The notes: generated by a model from the letters alone, not told the origin. DNA of 64,000 nt from Prevotella sp. (GCA_045131435.1 JBGUQW010000110.1:177-64176), one strand, 5' to 3'; positions 18,325-26,574 are shown, numbered from the stretch's first letter. Numbers and translations: made by a program.

Positions 18325-20664
18325 TTACTGTTCTATACTCTGAAGGGCAGCGTCGCCCGGCTTATACAACAGACCCGTACACTTCCGGGCATTAGCCTTA
18401 TAGGCCTTCAGCTCCACCTGGTCCCACTGAATCTGGTCGGTACGCTGGGCCAACGGTGCATGGGGAATGAGTGAGCCGTCACGCACCAGGATAACGCACG
18501 GTATCTTGCCGGCCTTGATAGTCTGCCAACCGCTGTCGTGCACCTCACCCGTCTGGTAGTCAATCCATTTCGAGTGTCCTTCAGTTCCCCTGAAGGACGG
18601 GAGATAGACGTCACGCTCAGTGCCGCTCTCCATCAGCGGGGCCACCAGAATCTGTGAACCGAACATATACTCGTCCTCTACCAGCCAGGCTCCCTTATCT
18701 TCGGGGAACTCCACCAGCAGGGCACGCACCATGGGCAGACCGCGCTCCGAGCAGTCCTTAGCCTGGGCATAGACATACGGCATCAGCTTGTATTTCATCT
18801 CGGCACACTCGCGGAAGGCCTCGGTGAATGACTCCGAGATCAGCCACGGCTCCGTGGGCGGTGCACCGTGGGCACGGGTATGACTCGACAGGAAGCCGAA
18901 GGGCAGCCAGCGACGGTAGATATCCTCGGGCGATGCCGTCACAAAGCCACCCATATCGTGGCTCCAGAAGGAGAATCCGCTGAGTCCGAACGACAAACCG
19001 CCACGCAGGTCACCCAGCATACCGATATTCGTCGTGGCAGCATCACCGCCCCAGTGCAGGGCATAGCGCTGACTGCCGGCCCATGCCGAGCGCGCCCAGA
19101 TGATGCCCTCGCCGGGATACTGCTGTTCCACAGCTTCCCAGAGGGTCTTGTTATAGCGCAGCGGATAGAGGTTATGCTCATAGAGTCCGCCCCGTCCGTT
19201 ATGGTAGAAGCCATCGTAGGGCGCAGCTTCTCCGAAGTCGCACTTGATGGTCGACACGCCCTGCTTCAGCAATCCCAGTATCTTCTGCTGATACCAGCTG
19301 ACGGTCTCGGGATTGGTAAAGTCCAGCACGGCATCCTCGTAGGGCATACCGCCATCGGCATTCCGCACGTGGAGATTGTTTCTGACGATCTCCCCAAAGA
19401 AGCGGTTCTTCGGTGTGAAGTACGGCAACTGCCACAAGCAAGTATGGAAGCCGTCCTTCTTCAACTGCTTCAGCATACCCACAGGATCCTTGAAACGGTC
19501 TTTGGCAAACTCGTAGTCACACTGCCAGTCGACGCCAAACCAACCCGTATCGAAGTGGATGACGTCGGAAGGAATCCTGTGCTGGCGCAGCTGCTTGGCA
19601 ATATCCAGTCCCTCTTCTTGCGAGAAGTAGGTGATACGACTCATCCAGGTACCGAACGACCACAACGGCAGCATGGGCGAACGGCCCGTGATGGCGGTGT
19701 ACTCGTACAGGATTTCTTTGGGGGAACCAAGGAACACGAAGAGGTCCAGCTGCTCGTCGGCCATATACAGGCGCTGGGCACCGATATAGCTGGCGCCGAA
19801 GTCGGCAGTGACAGGTGCGGAGGTATGCATAAAAATGCCGTAGCCGCGGTTCGAGAAATAGAACGGCACGGGCTTATACTGCCCGTCGGTCTCCGGTCCC
19901 TGGGGATCGGTGACGCTGAGCTGTACCTTCTGCCCCACCTTGTTCAGGGCACCGAACGACTCGCCGCAACCATAGATACGCTCACCGGGAGCCAGCGAGA
20001 AGACGGGGTTCACCGAACGGCTGTTGTCGTTGCCGCGCTTGATAAACGAGAAGGGCAGCAGCTTCACCTGGCTGGAGTCGTTGTCGATGATATGGCGCGT
20101 CTGCGTCAGCACCCTACCCTGCTTGTCCTTCAGCACCAGGCGGAAGGGGAAGCGCTGGATTTCCAGCCGTCCAAAATCCGTTTCGTATGTGACGACTGAG
20201 TCGTCACACACTGTACGCCAGGCGGACGTTTGGGGTACGGGGCCCGCCAGCATGGGGCTGTCGCTATCCTTCCGCTGCGACGCCACGGGAGTGGTCAGCA
20301 TACGGATGCGCAGGCAGCGGGGACTGATGAAGTCTACCTTCAGCTGCAGGTTGGGGTCGTTGTCGTACTGCGTATCGGGGAAGTCCAGCATCTGCATCCG
20401 CACCGGCCAGTAGCCATTCAGGTTGAAAGCCTGGCGCGGCGTCAGGCGGTAACGCTTCCAGTTTACCAGACCCTCACCCTTGGCAGCGTCGAAGGCGGCC
20501 AGCGAGTCGGCCAGGAAATACGTATGACGCAAATCGTTGAAATCGCCCGTCATATCCTTGGGCATGCACTGCAGATACTGCTGTGCACAGGCTGCCGTCG
20601 TGCTTAGGCACGCCACGAGCAGCATGGTCATCAGTCGTTTCTTCATCTTTCTATTGTATTTCAT
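18325..20664 (-). CDS. glycoside hydrolase family 31 (YicI-like alpha-xylosidase/alpha-glucosidase)
   Basis: GH31 blocks IHFDTGWFGVDW and STIKCDFGEAAP, a signal peptide, and 779 aa. The start could instead be the MKKRLMTM methionine at 20646. Confidence 0.88.
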   Translation of the reverse strand: MKYNRKMKKRLMTMLLVACLSTTAACAQQYLQCMPKDMTGDFNDLRHTYFLADSLAAFDAAKGEGLVNWKRYRLTPRQAFNLNGYWPVRMQMLDFPDTQYDNDPNLQLKVDFISPRCLRIRMLTTPVASQRKDSDSPMLAGPVPQTSAWRTVCDDSVVTYETDFGRLEIQRFPFRLVLKDKQGRVLTQTRHIIDNDSSQVKLLPFSFIKRGNDNSRSVNPVFSLAPGERIYGCGESFGALNKVGQKVQLSVTDPQGPETDGQYKPVPFYFSNRGYGIFMHTSAPVTADFGASYIGAQRLYMADEQLDLFVFLGSPKEILYEYTAITGRSPMLPLWSFGTWMSRITYFSQEEGLDIAKQLRQHRIPSDVIHFDTGWFGVDWQCDYEFAKDRFKDPVGMLKQLKKDGFHTCLWQLPYFTPKNRFFGEIVRNNLHVRNADGGMPYEDAVLDFTNPETVSWYQQKILGLLKQGVSTIKCDFGEAAPYDGFYHNGRGGLYEHNLYPLRYNKTLWEAVEQQYPGEGIIWARSAWAGSQRYALHWGGDAATTNIGMLGDLRGGLSFGLSGFSFWSHDMGGFVTASPEDIYRRWLPFGFLSSHTRAHGAPPTEPWLISESFTEAFRECAEMKYKLMPYVYAQAKDCSERGLPMVRALLVEFPEDKGAWLVEDEYMFGSQILVAPLMESGTERDVYLPSFRGTEGHSKWIDYQTGEVHDSGWQTIKAGKIPCVILVRDGSLIPHAPLAQRTDQIQWDQVELKAYKANARKCTGLLYKPGDAALQSIEQ

Positions 20665-20672
20665 GCCGCGAA

Positions 20673-20718
20673 GGTACGAAAAAAAAATGAGCTGACCAAA
20701 CGGTCAGCCCACTTTTTG
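20673..20718 (-). terminator. intrinsic terminator after the small ORF (hairpin GCTGACC-AAAC-GGTCAGC)
   Basis: A perfect 7-bp stem followed by a U-run on the minus strand. A T5 run also follows on the plus strand. Confidence 0.7.
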
Positions 20719-20723
20719 TTTAC

Positions 20724-20900
20724 TTAGTTACCAAGCAGGGCATCCCACTCGTCGCCCTCAAAGAGGGCGGGGGCCATGGAGCTGCCGGGATTCTGCGGGT
20801 TGTCCATGTGGTAGCCGTCGCCGCCGCTACCTGCCAGCAGCTGTTGGTTCATGTTGATGTCTATCGCCTCCATCCGAGGCGCGGAATATTGTTTTTTCAT
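20724..20900 (-). CDS. small hypothetical protein (58 aa), possibly an exported or leader-type peptide
   Basis: An ORF starting MKKQYSAPRMEAIDINMNQQLLAGSGGDG, followed by a hairpin plus U-tract terminator. There is no homology evidence. The start was chosen at the MKK methionine. Confidence 0.3.
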   Translation of the reverse strand: MKKQYSAPRMEAIDINMNQQLLAGSGGDGYHMDNPQNPGSSMAPALFEGDEWDALLGN

Positions 20901-20919
20901 TGTTCTTCTTTTATAATTT

Positions 20920-20947
20920 TGAGTGTTGAATGTTGAGTGTTGAATGG
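20920..20947 (+). repeat. heptamer array TGTTGAG/TGTTGAA
   Basis: Four TGA at 7-nt spacing cover all three + frames. Confidence 0.75.
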
Positions 20948-20975
20948 TCTCGCTTTGCGAGATGTCTGAATGACG

Positions 20976-21048
20976 AATTTTCAATTATTCATTGATCAAT
21001 CGCCGAAGGCGACCATTCCTCATTCCTCATTCCACATTCCTCATTTTA
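20976..21048. repeat. composite element: AT-rich heptamers, a GC hairpin TCGCC-GAA-GGCGA (21000-21012), then CATTCCT heptamers
   Basis: The architecture and hairpin core (AATCGSCGAAGSCGAC) match the element at 51885-51957. The LRR stop codon lies in the right-hand array. Confidence 0.7.
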
Positions 21049-22966
21049 TCACTACTTTTCGTCCGTTATTGATGTAGATTCCCTTCTTCGTTGGCTTCTG
21101 CGAGAGCTTGCGGCCACTCAGGTCATACCACTCCCCTCCATATAGGGAGGGGCTGGGGGTGGGTCTGAGGTTCGTCGTCTCGCCCTCATAAATCCACTGG
21201 AATCCCGCTGCATTGTTGCTGAGGTTCAGTTGATTGGTGGGCAGTGAGAGGTACGCCTTGTTGGCGCCGATGGCTCCGGCCTCAGAGAGCGTGTACCAGT
21301 CGATGCCGTAGTTGCCGTTGGCCAGGATGAAGTTCGTGTTCGTGCTGGTGGTCACGGGTACCTCAGTCGTAGCGTCCGTCACACCGACCAGGTAGTTCTG
21401 GGCAGGCGCACTGGCGCTGGTGGCGACTGGTACGGTGAATGTTGTGCTGGGTGTACCCTTCAGCAGCAGGCCTGTACCGGCGGGTACTGCGCCGACACTG
21501 CTCAGCGTCAGTGTGCCTGCTGTGCCGTCGAATGCGCTGACGATGTATGCCGACAGTCCAGCGATGCCCGTGAAGTCGAGCGCCTGGGTGCTGGCATAGG
21601 TCATGATGCCTGCGCTGTTCATGGTCACGGTGCAGGCGAGGGGGAGGAATTCTTCGGTGCCGCTGTATGTCAGGTAAGCCGTCTGGGCGACGATGTCATC
21701 GGTGTCGCTGAGACGGTAGAAGCCTATGCCGTCGCTGCCATTTTTCAGCATGTAGGCATTGCCCGGGTTGGTGATTCTGGTCATTTTTCCTTCAAGTCTG
21801 TTGCTATTGTAGCTGTGAGTGCTGCCCGAAGCTGCATATTCAGGCTGAATGCTACTTGATGCAGACTTCAGCACCACGCCCTTGCCCTTGTTGATGATGC
21901 GGTCAGGAATCTCCACCAGCTTCAGAGAAGTGCCGCTGAGCGTCACTTTGAATACCTGCGTTCCTGAGGGCGCCTGAGCGTTGGAGAGATTGTTGAAGTA
22001 TGTTGCCCAGTACTCGCCCGTCTCTGCTTCTTCGGCAGGGATGGTGATGGCCTCTATCCTGCTTGCATAGTCGCTCCAGCCACTCTTATAGGTATCGACA
22101 CATCCGTTGAATACGTGAATCTTAAGTTTTGCATTTGTGCCTGCGAAAGCAGTGCTACTATACGTAGTCAGACTTGGCGCATAGATGGTTGCTGACGTCA
22201 GGTTTTCATTATTGCACCCATAGAAGGCATAGTTGCCAATGTGCGTTACGCCTTCATCGATAACGATGCTTGTGATAGAGGCACGGTCAGAGTACCATGG
22301 GGCATTACCTGCTGAATAATCCGCCATTGCTCCCATACCGCTGATCATCAGTACGCCATACTGTGCCAGCACCCACGTCACTTCACTTTCGTGCCCAGTT
22401 GTGCCGCAGTTTCCCATGCCATCATAGCCCATTATGATGCTGGATTTGTCAGACCAATTGGCGGCAGCTTTGTAATCATCAACACTAGCTGTAGGCACAT
22501 ATATTGTTGTAAGGGCAGAGCATCCATCAAATGCCTTGGTGCCCAGCGTTGTTAACGGAAACAAGCGTTTTACGGCAACTGTAGTAAGCTTGCTACATAT
22601 ATTGAAAGCATAATTACCGATACTCTTCATGCTGGAGGGAATCTCAATAGATGTCAGATTGCTACAACGATTGAAAGCATAGTCACTAATGTGGGTAATG
22701 TTATTATCGATAACCACCGTTGTGATGTTGTCCCTAAAAGAGAACCATGGGGTTTGATCCTTAGTGTAGTCCCACATCTCTCCTGTACCGCTGATGGTGA
22801 GGGTCTCGTCGGTGCCGTCGCTATTGGTGTCGGTCATGGTCCATGTGACGTTATCACCACAGTAGCCATCACTGACTACTGCGGCGGTGCCGGTGACGTC
22901 GGTGCTGGTGCCGCTACCCGTCCATGCCCATGCCGTCTGTGCGGTCATCGTGAGCAAAAAGTACAC
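21041..22966 (-). CDS. BspA-type leucine-rich-repeat surface protein with a T9SS C-terminal sorting domain
   Basis: Repeated units of the type IxxYAFxxCxxLTSIxIPSS, and a C-terminus WYDLSGRKLSQKPTKKGIYINNGRKVVIK. The 5' end is unclear: either a GTG start at 22966, or ATG 23036 plus a 1-nt frameshift (see finding). Confidence 0.8.
   Translation of the reverse strand: MYFLLTMTAQTAWAWTGSGTSTDVTGTAAVVSDGYCGDNVTWTMTDTNSDGTDETLTISGTGEMWDYTKDQTPWFSFRDNITTVVIDNNITHISDYAFNRCSNLTSIEIPSSMKSIGNYAFNICSKLTTVAVKRLFPLTTLGTKAFDGCSALTTIYVPTASVDDYKAAANWSDKSSIIMGYDGMGNCGTTGHESEVTWVLAQYGVLMISGMGAMADYSAGNAPWYSDRASITSIVIDEGVTHIGNYAFYGCNNENLTSATIYAPSLTTYSSTAFAGTNAKLKIHVFNGCVDTYKSGWSDYASRIEAITIPAEEAETGEYWATYFNNLSNAQAPSGTQVFKVTLSGTSLKLVEIPDRIINKGKGVVLKSASSSIQPEYAASGSTHSYNSNRLEGKMTRITNPGNAYMLKNGSDGIGFYRLSDTDDIVAQTAYLTYSGTEEFLPLACTVTMNSAGIMTYASTQALDFTGIAGLSAYIVSAFDGTAGTLTLSSVGAVPAGTGLLLKGTPSTTFTVPVATSASAPAQNYLVGVTDATTEVPVTTSTNTNFILANGNYGIDWYTLSEAGAIGANKAYLSLPTNQLNLSNNAAGFQWIYEGETTNLRPTPSPSLYGGEWYDLSGRKLSQKPTKKGIYINNGRKVVIK
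21131..21161 (-). repeat. C-rich/G-rich palindromic mini-element, in frame in the LRR gene (inside the T9SS CTD)
   Basis: The sense strand reads cacccccagcccctcc-ctatat-ggaggggag, which encodes TPSPSLYGGE. Confidence 0.7.
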
Positions 22967-23088
22967 AAAGGGGACTTTTTGTGTACTTCGGCAGCATCAC
23001 TGCCGCCCGGAAAAAAATCTGACTTGTCTTTGTCATATCGTTATTTCTTTTGAATGCCAAAACGTTTTAATGATTTAGTTTACGTCTG

Positions 23089-23096
23089 CAAAGGTA
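23089..23096 (-). promoter_or_regulatory. -7 box TACCTTTG (LRR gene)
   Basis: Consensus match, about 50 nt upstream of ATG 23036. Confidence 0.55.
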
Positions 23097-23181
23097 CGAA
23101 TAAATGGGGATAACACAAAATAATTATGTATTTTTATCCCTACAGTATCGCTGCCCGTTATCAAACAAAACCTCCATAGAG

Positions 23182-23244
23182 TGCAACTGATACCTTTCTG
23201 CTGTGCAGCTGATACCTCTCTGGTGTGCAGCCGATGCTCTCCTG
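23182..23244 (+). repeat. 3 x 22-bp repeat TGCARCYGATRCYYTYCTG (array A', inverted relative to array A)
   Basis: Copies start at 23182, 23204 and 23226. Confidence 0.85.
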
Positions 23245-23271
23245 GAGTCCAACAAAGGCCTCCATTATTAG

Positions 23272-23353
23272 CAAATTCAGTTAATTTTTTCTGCAAATTC
23301 AGTTAATTTACTCAACAAATTCAGTTAATTTACTTAGCAAATTCAGTTAATTT
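23272..23353 (+). repeat. 4 x 22-bp-spaced repeat CAAATTCAGTTAATTT (array B)
   Basis: Perfect 16-mers start at 23272, 23294, 23316 and 23338. Confidence 0.9.
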
Positions 23354-23403
23354 GCAAAGGCTATTATGCGAATTTGTAAAGCAAAGGATTAGCTTGTGCA
23401 CAG

Positions 23404-23466
23404 CAGAAAGGCATCGGCTGCACACCAGAAAGGCATCGGCTGCAAAGCAGAAAGGCATCGGTTGCA
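23404..23466 (+). repeat. 3 x 22-bp repeat CAGAAAGGCATCGGYTGCA (array A)
   Basis: Copies start at 23404, 23426 and 23448, on the same 22-bp lattice as array B. A degenerate fourth copy follows. Confidence 0.85.
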
Positions 23467-23503
23467 GAACTGGGAGGTATCGGAAGGATGCCAAGCGACG
23501 GAT

Positions 23504-23540
23504 AAAAAAAGTGGGCTGACCAAACGGCCAACCCACTATT
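23504..23540 (-). terminator. intrinsic terminator after GH31 (23559-26501)
   Basis: GTGGGTTGGCC-GTTT-GGTCAGCCCAC followed by T7 on the minus strand. The sequence is related to the 20681-20718 terminator. Confidence 0.7.
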
Positions 23541-23558
23541 ATCTGTTATAATGACAGC

Positions 23559-26501
23559 TTACAGCTTGACGCTGACGGCCTTGCCGTTGTATTGTACGGT
23601 CTTGCCCTCGGGATTGTCGAGGTTGAGAGCCTTGGCATCGTCCTTTGTGACGAGGACAACCTTGAAGGTGCGGTTCTTCAGCATGCCCGTGAACTGTCCC
23701 TTGCGCTGTCCGAAGGAGAGGGTGCGCGAGGCATCGTCGTACTTCATCTCGATGGTGGCGTACTTGCCCTTCTCGTAGTTGTAGTTGGTACCCTCGTCCT
23801 CATAGAGCAGGAACTGGGCGTTCCGTCCGGCATAGACATAAACGGTCAGCAGGTCGGCAGGACGCTCGTCGGCATACTGGATGACGGGACCATAGGGGAT
23901 GATGCTGCCCTCGCGGACATAGACCGGCATGCGCTCGTAGGGGGCATCGACCACCATACGCTGCCCGCCCTGGATATACTCGCCGCTGTAGAGGTCGTAC
24001 CAGCCAGAGGCCTTGGGGAAGTAGACGCTACGGTTGCGGGCCTTATAGTAGCCTACAGGACAAGCCATGAAGGCGGGACCGAACATCCACTGGTCCTTGA
24101 TGTCGAAGACCTCGCGCTCGTTGCTGAAGTCCATCACCAAGGCACGCATCATGGTGTAGTCGTTGAAGTGTACCCAGCCGGCCATAGAATAGAGGTAAGG
24201 CATGAGGCGGTAGCGCAGCTTGTCGTAGTAGACGAACGAGCGGTAGGCAGGATGGTTGTCGGGTGCGATGTTCCAGATTTCACGTGTAGGCCACTGGCCA
24301 TGTACGCGGAACAGGGGGATGAAGGCACCGAACTGGCTCCAGCGTGCCTGCAGCTCGCGCCACTCCTTGAGGTCTTCGTTCTCCACGCCGCTCTTGTCGA
24401 ACTGCTGCTGGGCAGCCACATAGCGCTTCTCAACACAGAAGCCGCCCTGGTCCATGCCCCAGAAGGGCAGACCCGACATAGAGTAGTTCAGGCCGGCCGT
24501 CATCTGGGCACGCATGTCCTCCCAGCGGGTACCGATGTCGCCCGACCATGTGGCGGTGCTGTAACGCTGCTCGCCGGCAAAGCCGCTGCGGGTGAGCAGG
24601 AAGACGCGCTGGTTGGGGGCGACTGAGCGCTGGCCGTTGTAGATGGCGTCGGCATTGACGATGCTGTAGGCATTGAAATACTCGGTGGCAGTACCCAAAG
24701 CGGTCGGGCCGCTGAGTGCCTTGCGGTACCACATGGGGGTGCAGTCGCGGACATTGGGCTCGGAGGCATCCATCCACCAGGCATCGATGCCATACTTATA
24801 CTTCGTGAAGAGGTTGTCGTTCATCTGTTTCCAGAACAGCTTGCGGGCACCGGCATCGTAGGCATCGTAGAACGAACCGACATAGCCCGGGCCTACCCAG
24901 TCGTGGATGTCGTCCTTGACGGCCTGGTGGTACATCCAGCCCTTGGCATCGATCTCCTTGTAGTTGTCGGTATTGCAGTAGAACTTGGGCCAGACGGAAA
25001 TCATGAAGCGGCCACCCATCTGGTGTACCTTGTCGAGCATGGCCTGCGGATTGGGATAGCGCGAGGCCTCGAACTGGTGGGAGCCCCACTGGTCCTCCTT
25101 CCAGTAGTTCCAGTCCTGCACGATGTTGTCGCACGGAATCTGGCGCTTGCGGAACTCAGCGAGGTTGTCCTCTATCTCCTGCTGTGTCTGGTAACGCTCA
25201 CGACTCTGCCAGAAACCCAGCACCCACTTGGGATAGACGGGAGCCTTGCCAGTCAGTGTACGGTAGCCGCTGATGACCTCGTCGGCATTGCGACCGGCAA
25301 TGAAGTAGTAGTCCATGTCCTTGGCCATCTCGCTCCAGATGCTGAGCTTGTACTGATCCTCGCCAATCTGCTTGGCGACACGCAGACCGCAATAGCTGAC
25401 GCTGCCGTCAGGCTGCCACTCGATGCGCAGCTGGGCACGACGTCCCTTCTCGAGCAGGGTCATGAACTTATAGGTGTTGGGGTTCCAGGCCGTACGCCAA
25501 CGCTCGGGCACTACCTCCTGACCGTCGATGTACACCTTGATATAGCCGGCATAGTAGAGGATGAAGTGGTAGACACTGCTGGACGGAGCCTCGATGAAGC
25601 CCTCGTAGGTGACCGTGGCGCCATCGAGCTGGAAGTCCTTCGGCAGGTTCTTGATGCCGCCGGGCTCGGTGCGGTTGGCCAGTTCAGAGGCTGCGGGGCA
25701 GTCGAACTCGTAGTAGATGGAGTCCTCGTCGCGCACCAGTTTCTTGCCGTTCTTGTCGACATAGGTACCGGTCAGGTGTCCTTCCTTGCCATGCTTGTCG
25801 AAGAGCTTGAAGGCACGGCCCAACTGCAGGTAGTCGTTGGGATTGCCGAAACGGCAGTAGCTGTAGGAGTCCCACAGGATACCGTAGTTGCGGTTGGAGA
25901 GCACAAAGGGTACGCTGACCTTGGTGTTATACTGGAAGAGGTCTTCGTTGCGGCCCTTCATGTTCAGCTCCTCAGACTGGTGCTGGCCGAGACCATAGAG
26001 CGCCTCGTTGTTGTTCTGGTTAAACAGCAGGCGCCATGTCAGACCGTTTTTCTGGGACTCGGGCACCTTGGCGATGTCGACACCAATCTCACGGTCGGGC
26101 ACACGGTAGGGCTGGAACGTCTTACCGTTCTCGGCCTCGCTGGCAAGCTGGTTTCCCTGGGCGTCGTAGAACGTCACACGACCAGTCTGTCTCTCAACAC
26201 GGGCTTCCACGTTCTTGGCCTTGACGCTAACCACGCTGCCGTCCTTGACGGTAAACTTCGGCTTGGCAGTCTGGTTGACCACTGTCAGACTCTGCTTCTC
26301 GGGCAGCTGTGACTCGGACGTGGCCTGCACACGGATAATGTTGTCGTTAACTACTTGCAGACGTACCACACGTGGTCCGCCGGCCTTGACTTGTCTGACG
26401 GGAATGGTCACCTGCTGGCCGTTGACCATGTCGTCGGCAGCCATCAACAGGACGGCTGCCATGGACAGCGCACCCGTCAAGATTGTTCTCATTGTTTTCA
26501 T
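23559..26501 (-). CDS. glycoside hydrolase family 31 alpha-xylosidase-like enzyme with a PA14-like insert
   Basis: Nucleophile region GIDAWWMDASEPN and a PA14-like segment (VYHFILYYAGYIKVYIDGQEV...), plus a signal peptide. 980 aa. Confidence 0.88.
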   Translation of the reverse strand: MKTMRTILTGALSMAAVLLMAADDMVNGQQVTIPVRQVKAGGPRVVRLQVVNDNIIRVQATSESQLPEKQSLTVVNQTAKPKFTVKDGSVVSVKAKNVEARVERQTGRVTFYDAQGNQLASEAENGKTFQPYRVPDREIGVDIAKVPESQKNGLTWRLLFNQNNNEALYGLGQHQSEELNMKGRNEDLFQYNTKVSVPFVLSNRNYGILWDSYSYCRFGNPNDYLQLGRAFKLFDKHGKEGHLTGTYVDKNGKKLVRDEDSIYYEFDCPAASELANRTEPGGIKNLPKDFQLDGATVTYEGFIEAPSSSVYHFILYYAGYIKVYIDGQEVVPERWRTAWNPNTYKFMTLLEKGRRAQLRIEWQPDGSVSYCGLRVAKQIGEDQYKLSIWSEMAKDMDYYFIAGRNADEVISGYRTLTGKAPVYPKWVLGFWQSRERYQTQQEIEDNLAEFRKRQIPCDNIVQDWNYWKEDQWGSHQFEASRYPNPQAMLDKVHQMGGRFMISVWPKFYCNTDNYKEIDAKGWMYHQAVKDDIHDWVGPGYVGSFYDAYDAGARKLFWKQMNDNLFTKYKYGIDAWWMDASEPNVRDCTPMWYRKALSGPTALGTATEYFNAYSIVNADAIYNGQRSVAPNQRVFLLTRSGFAGEQRYSTATWSGDIGTRWEDMRAQMTAGLNYSMSGLPFWGMDQGGFCVEKRYVAAQQQFDKSGVENEDLKEWRELQARWSQFGAFIPLFRVHGQWPTREIWNIAPDNHPAYRSFVYYDKLRYRLMPYLYSMAGWVHFNDYTMMRALVMDFSNEREVFDIKDQWMFGPAFMACPVGYYKARNRSVYFPKASGWYDLYSGEYIQGGQRMVVDAPYERMPVYVREGSIIPYGPVIQYADERPADLLTVYVYAGRNAQFLLYEDEGTNYNYEKGKYATIEMKYDDASRTLSFGQRKGQFTGMLKNRTFKVVLVTKDDAKALNLDNPEGKTVQYNGKAVSVKL

Positions 26502-26510
26502 TAATAGTGC

Positions 26511-26546
26511 GTTATTGTTGTTATTGTTGTTATTGATTTTATTGAT
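26511..26546 (+). repeat. 4 x 9-bp tandem repeat GTTATTGTT / GTTATTGAT
   Basis: It lies in the 73-nt spacer between the sensor stop and the GH31 start. Confidence 0.8.
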
Positions 26547-26574
26547 GCTATAGTGAATATAGAAACTATCGGTG

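Noticed and set aside
18868-20199. A 443-aa plus-strand ORF. Similar long ORFs occur at 24903-26312, 27487-28446, 43381-44817, 39210-40235, 48765-49799, 23592-24626, 16374-17207, 32406-33227, 35296-36123 and 36588-37310.
   Set aside because: Each lies entirely antisense to a much longer ORF with clear family motifs (GH31, GH2, sensor, S9 peptidase, YfhO and others). Each has the V/L/G/H/D/A/R-rich, motif-free composition typical of the reverse frame of GC-rich genes. They are shadow ORFs.
23182-23466. A possible CRISPR array.
   Set aside because: The period is only 22 bp, with essentially no unique spacers. There are three different repeat types including an inverted set, and no cas genes are present.
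23075-23536. Two small minus-strand ORFs (73 and 68 aa) in the intergenic region upstream of the LRR gene.
   Set aside because: They are translations of the 22-bp tandem and inverted repeat arrays and of the promoter and terminator sequences. There is no start context and the peptide content is repeat-driven.
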